Of a stretch of DNA of 64,000 nt, positions 56,031 through 64,000 are shown in pieces. Where the stretch lies: contig CBDCCZ010000014.1 of the NCBI GenBank assembly GCA_965215005.1, positions 64,001-128,000 on the forward strand, read 5' to 3'. The notes below the pieces were generated by a model, which was not told where the DNA came from, searched no databases, and was given only the letters and a program-made list of their open reading frames with translations. Within the stretch, counting starts at the first letter, position 1; each line of letters begins with the position of its first letter. This DNA is from Kofleriaceae bacterium. GTDB taxonomy: Bacteria; Myxococcota_A; Polyangia; Haliangiales; Haliangiaceae. The position numbers and the translations under genes are program-made.

Positions 56031-57121
56031 ATGTCGACGCACGCCCCCGTCGCTGCGCTGTTGTCGCAGCTCATCGCTCATCGCACCGACAACCCCGGCA
56101 GCGGTGAGCTACCCCTGTGTCAGCACCTGGCGCGAGAGCTCGACGCTCGTGGCGCCGACCGCGTCGAGGTCACCGAGGTCCCACGAGAAAACGCCACAGG
56201 TGCGTACGTGCTCGCGTGCTACGGCACCCCGCGCACCTTTGGTCAACGTGCACATCGATACCGTTCCCGCCAACACCGGTTGGAGCCGTGACCCATGGAC
56301 CGCAGAGCTCGACAGCGAGCGCGTCTGGGGGCTTGGTAGCGCCGACACCAAAGGCGCCGCGGCGGCAGTGTTGGTGGCGCTCGAGCGCACCCGTCCCCGC
56401 GACGTGGGAATCCTGTTTTCTGGCGACGAAGAGCGCTCCGGCAGCTGCGTGCGCGCCTTCATCGAAGCCGGTCACGCGCGCGGCATCGAGCGCGCGATCA
56501 TCTGCGAGCCCACCAGGCGCACCGCGGGTATTGCGCATCGCGGCGTCATCGCGGCTCGCGCTTCGGTTCGCGGCAAAGGCGGTCACTCCTCTGCGGCCGA
56601 CCACATGCCCAAACCGATCGTCGCCATGGCGCGTGTGGCCGTCGCGCTCGATGAGCTGGCCAAGCGGCACCTGCACCGCGGACCTGTGGGCATGCAGGGT
56701 CTTTGCGTCAACGTTGCATCCATAGAGGGCGGCGTGGCGTTCAACGTCGTTCCCCGACAGCGCCAGCTTGCAATGGTCGCTGCGACCGTGGCCTGGCATC
56801 GATCGCGACGCGCTCGATCGCGAGCTGGCTGAGGCGATGGCGGCGGCCGGCACCGGCGTCCAAAGCGAGCTTCTCATCGATCATCCCGCGTTCGCCTGCC
56901 GCGATGAGAGTGGGTTTCGCCAGCTCCTTGGCGGCCACGTCGACGAGTTCGTCAAGCTCGATTTCTGGACCGAGGCCGCGGTATTTTCTGCAGCCGGTAT
57001 CGCAGCGGTGGTCGTTGGCCCCGGCGACATCGCGCAGGCTCACGCCCCCGATGAGTTCGTTACCCTGGCCGATCTCGATTGGGCGGTCGAGCTGTTCTCG
57101 CACGTCTTCGAAGTGACCTAG
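56031..57121 (+). CDS. argE: Acetylornithine deacetylase (M20 family); two apparent +1 frameshifts
   Basis: NVHIDTVP, GSADTKG, GDEE, CEPT, GPGDIAQAHAPDE. Extra T in TTT 56238-56240 and extra C in CCCC 56752-56755. Confidence 0.85.
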
Positions 57122-57123
57122 CG

Positions 57124-58235
57124 ATGGAGCCGAGCGAGCTGGTCCTGCGCTTCGTCGCGAGCATCGGCAGCAAAGCCGAGAGCGACTACTACTTATCGCT
57201 ATTTCGAAGAGCGCGGCCGGAGAGCTTTGCCATCATCGCGGTCTCCGAGGCGGTGGTGGCGAGCGCGCTCGAAGCACTGGTGCTCGACCTGCGATTCTTG
57301 TCGCAGCTCGGGCTCGCGCCGGTGATCGTGTTTGGCCTCGATAGCCAATCGAGAGCCGAGCGCCTGGCCTCCCAGGTGGCCGAATTTCTGGCCGACGAGC
57401 GCTTTGCAGTCATCGCCGAGGCTGCAAGCGCTGCCGACTTGGCCCGCTCCGGGACGATCGCGTTGGTTCCACTTGGTGCCTGCCAGCGGCAGCGACGAGG
57501 CGTTCCATTGCTTGGCCGCGATGGCGAGCGCGCATCAGTGCCGCAAGCTCGTGTTCCTCGAGCTCGGCAGCGGTTTGCAAGCCGCCTCTGGCGTTCCCTC
57601 CATCGTCGACCTCAGCTGCGACTACGCGGAGCTGGTGACGCAGCTGCCGGCATTGCAAGCGACTCTGCTCGACCGCACTCGCACCCTCCTCGATGGCCTC
57701 GGGCATCGCATGACCGTAGCGGTCACCTCACCGCTCGACCTCTTGCGCGAGCTATTCACGGTGCGCGGCGCCGGCACCCTCATCCGCCGCGGCCTCCACC
57801 GTCACACGCCATCACGACCTCCACACCGTCGATACCTGCCGCCTCAGCGCCTTGGTCGAGGCGGCGTTCAACCGCCCGCTCCGAGCAGCATTTTGGCAGC
57901 GCCCCTTCTCCACCTGTCTCATCGCCGATGACTATCGCGGCGCCGCGCTCCTGCAAGACACGCCGCTCGGCTGCTATCTCAGCAAATTCGCCGTCGACCA
58001 CGGCGCCCGCGGCGAGGGAATTGGCCGGGACTTGTGGCGCGCCCTCGCCGCGCCCGCCACGCCGCTGTTCTGGCGCAGTCGCGCCGAGAATCCCATCAAC
58101 GCGTGGTACGTGGAGCAATGCCACGGCATGGCCCGAGCCGACGCCTGGCAGGTGTTTTGGCGCGATCTCCCTGCCGGTCGCATCGCCGCGGTCATCGACT
58201 GGGCCGTCGCCGCCCCAGTCGACTTCGTGCGCTAG
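57124..58235 (+). CDS. N-acetylglutamate synthase/kinase-like protein (reduced AAK domain + NAT/DUF619); two apparent frameshifts
   Basis: LLRELFTVRGAGTLIRRG linker; YLSKFAV...RGEGIG...LFWRSR..NPINAWY. Shifts at about 57475 and 57793. Confidence 0.8.
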
Positions 58236-58257
58236 GCAAACCGATCGCGAAGCGAGC

Positions 58258-59550
<1,293 letters not shown>

Positions 59551-62500
59551 TCAAGGAAGCGCTGGCAACATCCAAGCGGCAAAGCGCGTCGGATTGCGAA
59601 CTTGTTCGCGATGCGCCCAGGCGTGGTACGCAGCGGAGTGCTCTGCACCGGCGTCGCCTCCGACGAGCTGCCCCAAACGAGCGCGCATGGGCATCGAGTA
59701 GAAGTTGGCGCCAGCGACGTCGAACCGCGCTACGGCGTCGCCAAGCAGAGATACGGCGCTCTGCTGCTGCCCGCGCAGCGCGGCGACCATGGCGCGAATC
59801 GCACGCGCGTGAGCGAGCGCGAAATACGGCAACTTGCGGCCATAGCGCTCCAGAGCCCGCGCCTGCCGCGCCGCCACTCGCAGCCACTTGCTGCGCTGGG
59901 CCGGATTTTCGATCGCCAGCCCCACCGCGGTGCGCCCCACCAACTGCGCGGCGAAGGCATAGGGTATCGCGCATTTGGCAAGCGAGGACCGGCGCATGCG
60001 CCGCCAAAACGGCTCGAGCAGCGCCCAGGCGTCGCGCAGCCGACCATCATAGCGCGCTACGTCCGCATGCACGACGTGCCAGTAGAACTGTGCCATTGTG
60101 GGCCGACCGGCCACCGGGGGCCCGGCGGCGTCGAGGTTTCGCGCTGCCTCCGCAGGCGCATCGGCAGCCAGCCAGATATACACGCCGCCCTGCGCGCGCA
60201 GGCTGTTGAGCAGATAGATGTTGCCGCTCTCTTGCGCGCGGCGCAGGAGCGCCGGCAGCCGCGCGCTCACCAGCGCGAGCTCGCCGGCGTGCGTCCAGGT
60301 GTTGACCAACCCCAGGCGCAGCTGATCCGTGTCGTAAGCAAACCGCAACTCCGACTCTGCGGCCGGAATGTTGTCTTCCATCAGCGCGGCACCCTCAGAT
60401 AGCTGCTGATAATGGAGAATGCTCGTATAGCCGCGCCAGCCGTCGACGATGGCGCGATAGCTCGCAGGTGCGTGCTCCACGGCTAATTGCCGCGCGCGCG
60501 CGAGCAGTGCATCGCAGGCGGACGCGCCCGGTACGCCGCGCATCGCGGCCGAGAACACCGCTTCGTAAGTCATCGCCATCGCGGCACGCTGCGGCTCGCC
60601 CGCTCGGAGCGCCGCGGGAAGCGCCCGACTGTGCATCGCGAAGCCGAGCAAGGTATCGTTGAAGCCAAGCCCTAAGGCGGTCTCCATGGCCAGATCGAGA
60701 CGGCGAAGCTCGTGCGCTGGACAGTCGTGTCGGAGCCGGATTTCCGGCCCGATGACCTGGCGGCCAGCGAGCAGGAGTCGGCTGAAGAGGATCGCGACCA
60801 CGGCACCTATCGTCGAGCGCGGCAGAGAAGAACCAGTGGCCTTGAGAGCGGCGTCGGCGTGAGCCATGGCTTCATCGACGCGACCGGGCACGAAGAAAAC
60901 ACACCACCGCCCGACCGCGCAGCTCGACAGCGGCGTCCACCTCGGCGCGGCTTGCCGCTGCATGAAACGCGGCGGCCGCAGCGGGCAGCTGCCCGGCTCG
61001 CTGCAACGCATCGGCGTGAGCAATCTCGAGCGCGAGACGCTCGGGATCATCGGCCGGGCTCAGCTCGACCGCCGCTGCAAACTGGGTGGCGGCGCTCGAG
61101 TACGCTTGGCTCCGCAGCGCCCGCTCGGCGGCGGCAATCGCGTATCGGCGAGCGCGCTCAGGTTCGCCAGCACCGCGCCAGTGAAACACCAACGCCTCGA
61201 GGTCGCGCTCGGGAGCCGCTTCGAAGGCCCGAGCCAACCGGCGGTGCAGCTTGCGGCGCGCGGTGGCCTCCATACCGGCCGCAATGGTCTCGCGGATGCG
61301 ATCGTGGTAGGTGGTTAGCCGCTCGCCATCGCGACTCTGCTCGACCCGCGAAAATCGCTCGACACGCAGCTGTGCCAGCGTTTGCGCAACATCGCGCACC
61401 CGCGCCGCACGCACCAGAACGTCGATGGGCTGCGGCCGAGTCGCCAGCGCAGCAGCCGCCAAAAGGCGCTTGGCGGGACCAGGCAGGATGCCGATTCGAC
61501 GCGCCAGCAGCGCATCCAGCCCTTGCAGCTCGGTAAGCGAGCCGCGCGCGAAGGCAAGCTCGGTGGCGAAAAACGGATTTCCTTCCGACTCCTGCGCCAG
61601 CCGCCGCACCAGCGCAGCGCCGGGATCCTCACCGGTTATGGCCGCGACGAGTCCTTCGACCTCGCGCTGCGGCAGTGGCAATAGCGAGAGCATTCGCACG
61701 TCGGTGGTGGCGCCGGCCGCGCCGAGCTGGGTATTGAGCGCGGCAATGAGAGCCGGCTCGGCAGCGCCGTCATTGCGAAAGGTGCCCAGCAGCAAGATTC
61801 CGGGCGTTTCGGCGGCCTGAGCCAGCTCGACGAGCAAGAACGCGCTGTCGGCATCTCCCCACTGCAGATCATCAATGCTCACGATCACCGGCCTGCGCTG
61901 CGCGAGCCGCGCCAGCAGCGTCCGCAGCGCCACGGCCGCGCGACGTCGAATCAAAGCGACAGAAGCGGCGAGTCCGCCGCCGCGGGATTGATGACGCAGA
62001 AATCCGCCGCCCCGATGCGGGGCAAGGGCGGCAGATTTCTGCTGCTCACGTGCCCCCTTCGGCGTCTCCCCAAGCGATTGTTGCTTTGCTAGTGGTTCAC
62101 GACTCACGCCGTGAACCACTGGCTCGTTGCCAGCAAGACGCTCGGCAACCGCGGCCGCGCGCCGCAGCGTCGGAAACAAGTGCGCGAGCGCGTCGATCTC
62201 GTCGGGAACCACCGCCCGCGCCAACTCCGGCTGATTGCGCAAGTAGCCAGCGATCGCATCGATCACGGCGTCGAGCGCTTTGAACGGCACCGACTCGCCT
62301 TCGTAGCAACGCCCGCCAAACACCACCGCGTCGCTGCCGACGAGCAGCTCCGCGGTCGCGCGCGCCGCCAGCGCGGTCTTGCCCGTACCCGACGGACCAC
62401 CAACCAACAGTGTCACGGTGCTGCCGCGGCGAGCGTCGGCATACGCTGCATTCAGACGCTCGAGCTCCTTGGCGCGGCCGACGAACGGTGCTTCGATGGT

Positions 62501-63598
62501 TGCGGCGAGCGGCGGCGCGGCGCCTGAAGTCGACAGTGCCTCGCGCAGCGCTATCGCCGTTGGCCGGCGCTCAGGACCAGGTTCGAGCAGCGCCATGCAC
62601 AGAGCATCGAGCTCGCTCGGAATGCTCGCATCGATCGCCCTGGGAGCGGCGATCGATGCGCTGCCCTTGCACGCGAATAGCTCGCGGACCGAAGGTGCCT
62701 CCAGCGGCAATCGTCCGGTGAGAGCCTCGTAGAGCATCACACCCACGGAATACCAATCGCTGGCCGCTGTGAGCGTGCCCATGCCAGCCGACTGCTCGGG
62801 CGAGGCGTACGCAGGCGTGCCGAGAAACTGCCCCTCATCCGCTTGGAACGGCGAGATGAGCCCAAAGTCGCAAATCACCACCCGCCCCGATCGATCGACG
62901 AGCACGTTCGAGGGCTTGAGGTCGCGGTGCACCATGCCGCGCTCGTGCAGCGCCGCAACGCCATCGATCAACTGCGACAGCGCGCCGCGCAGCCGCTCAT
63001 GATTGAGCGTGGCACTCTCGATGAAACGCCGCCGCTGGCTACCACCGCCTCGTTGCAGGCTGTCGACCTCAACCGTTGCGAGCGTGGTCGTGGGGGCGGC
63101 AGTGATTTCCGCGCTGCGAGCGCTACCCCTTGCGTAGTTTTCGCTGGGATTACATGGCGAGCGCGAAGCCGAGCTCGCCACCTCGAGGTCAGCTCCCTCT
63201 GCCGCCATGAGATGCCGATGCGGCCGCACGTAGTCGAGAAATGTCCGCGCGTCTGCCACCAGCTCCATCGCCACGCACCACTCTCCGGCGTCAGCGTGCA
63301 GCTCGTAGAGCGTCGCGAGATTGGGGTGAACCAGATCGGCGAGGGCGCGAAATTCTTGTTTGAAACGATACAAGGAGTCCGGGCGCATCGCCGTGAGCAA
63401 CTTGAGAGCAACCTCGTGGCCGCGTACCGGATCGAAGACGCGATAAACCCGCCCCATCGCTCCCTGCCCCAAGCGCTCTCGCACCGCGAAGCGCCCAAGA
63501 GACCATTGCTCGCCGCTAGCTACAGGAGCTCGAGCGATTGCCGCCGTCGCATTGAGCAGCTCCGGTCGAGTCTTTGATTCCGCGATTACGTCATTCAT
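59551..63598 (-). CDS. Ser/Thr kinase - AAA_16 (STAND-like) ATPase - TPR-like protein; one +1 frameshift at about 60887
   Basis: HRDLKPSN, DFG, FVGR, GPSGTGKT, IDDLQWGD, GNPFF. Removing one base of GGG 60886-60888 joins the two ORFs as AVVCFLRA-GRVDEA. Confidence 0.88.
61952..62123. repeat. Palindromic MITE/REP-like element inserted in frame
   Basis: Imperfect terminal IR CAAAGCGACA / TGTTGCTTTG; stem GCAGAAATCcGCCGCCC...GGGCGGCaGATTTCTGC at 61996-62042; perfect 11-bp IR AGTGGTTCACG / CGTGAACCACT at 62091-62120. Confidence 0.65.
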
Positions 63599-64000
63599 GA
63601 ATCCGCTCTATTCCACCCCCGAGTCGACCCACTGCGCTCATCGGCGGCATCATCCAATCGGCAAACCGGCTGGGCGCGCGCACCCCCTCCTGCTGCGCCC
63701 AGGAATGATAAATCGCGATCAGCTCGGCACCTTCGTCGCCGCCGAGCAGCTCGCCCAGCCGCGCCCGCAGGGGCATGGCGTAGAAATTTGCATCGGCAGA
63801 GTCGAAGCGCGCCACCGCGTCGGCGAAGAGCACGACCGCCGGTTCTCGCTGTCCACGGATCAGCGCGATCTCGGCGCGAATCGCGCGTGCATGTGCCAGC
63901 GCGAAGTACGGCAGCTTGCGATCCAGACGCGCGAGAACGCGCGCTGGCCACGCTGCCACTCGCAGCCACCGTTTTCGCTCCGCGGGTCGATCGATTGCCA
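63591..64000 (-). CDS. C-terminal end of a paralogous kinase-AAA-TPR-type protein (partial)
   Basis: KLPYFALAHARAIRA and ANFY shared with the downstream paralogue; ATGAATGA overlap with its start codon. Confidence 0.85.
   Translation of the reverse strand, partial: AIDRPAERKRWLRVAAWPARVLARLDRKLPYFALAHARAIRAEIALIRGQREPAVVLFADAVARFDSADANFYAMPLRARLGELLGGDEGAELIAIYHSWAQQEGVRAPSRFADWMMPPMSAVGRLGGGIERIHE

Noticed and set aside
63155..63180. Hairpin TGGCGAGC...GCTCGCCA in the kinase-domain insert as a second mobile element
   Set aside because: Only an 8-bp stem in GC-rich DNA, within a low-complexity insert of the kinase domain; evidence is insufficient.

Overview
A GC-rich chromosomal window. The gene content (many Ser/Thr kinases, kinase-AAA-TPR proteins, Cys-rich lipoproteins, sigma-54 promoters) points to Myxococcota; this is inferred, not measured. 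From left to right: (1) a PlsA/Ger-like double-activase + DUF2229 protein (truncated by the window edge), a TetR regulator with two palindromic operators, and a PLD-family gene; (2) a sigma-54-type sugar ABC operon; (3) four GT-C glycosyltransferases (TMTC-, ArnT- and TMEM260/DUF2723-like) around an AUR1/PAP2 phosphotransferase; (4) two orphan peptide-binding proteins, a GldA/FG/DUF4340 ABC module, a GAF histidine kinase, a TPR-zincin and polA; (5) a kinase/TPR/Cys-rich lipoprotein module; (6) an abm-like aroyl-CoA operon lacking the oxygenase; (7) a small peptide with a double-glycine-type leader directly upstream of a kinase-WD40 gene; (8) a GST, a CitE-like lyase, a stand-alone LeuA-regulatory-like domain, argE, an NAGS-like gene and gdhA; (9) two tandem kinase-AAA-TPR paralogues, one with an in-frame palindromic insertion. 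Several genes have +1 frameshifts, mostly in short homopolymers, which are probably long-read errors. I recognised no rRNA, tRNA, CRISPR array, integrase or transposase.
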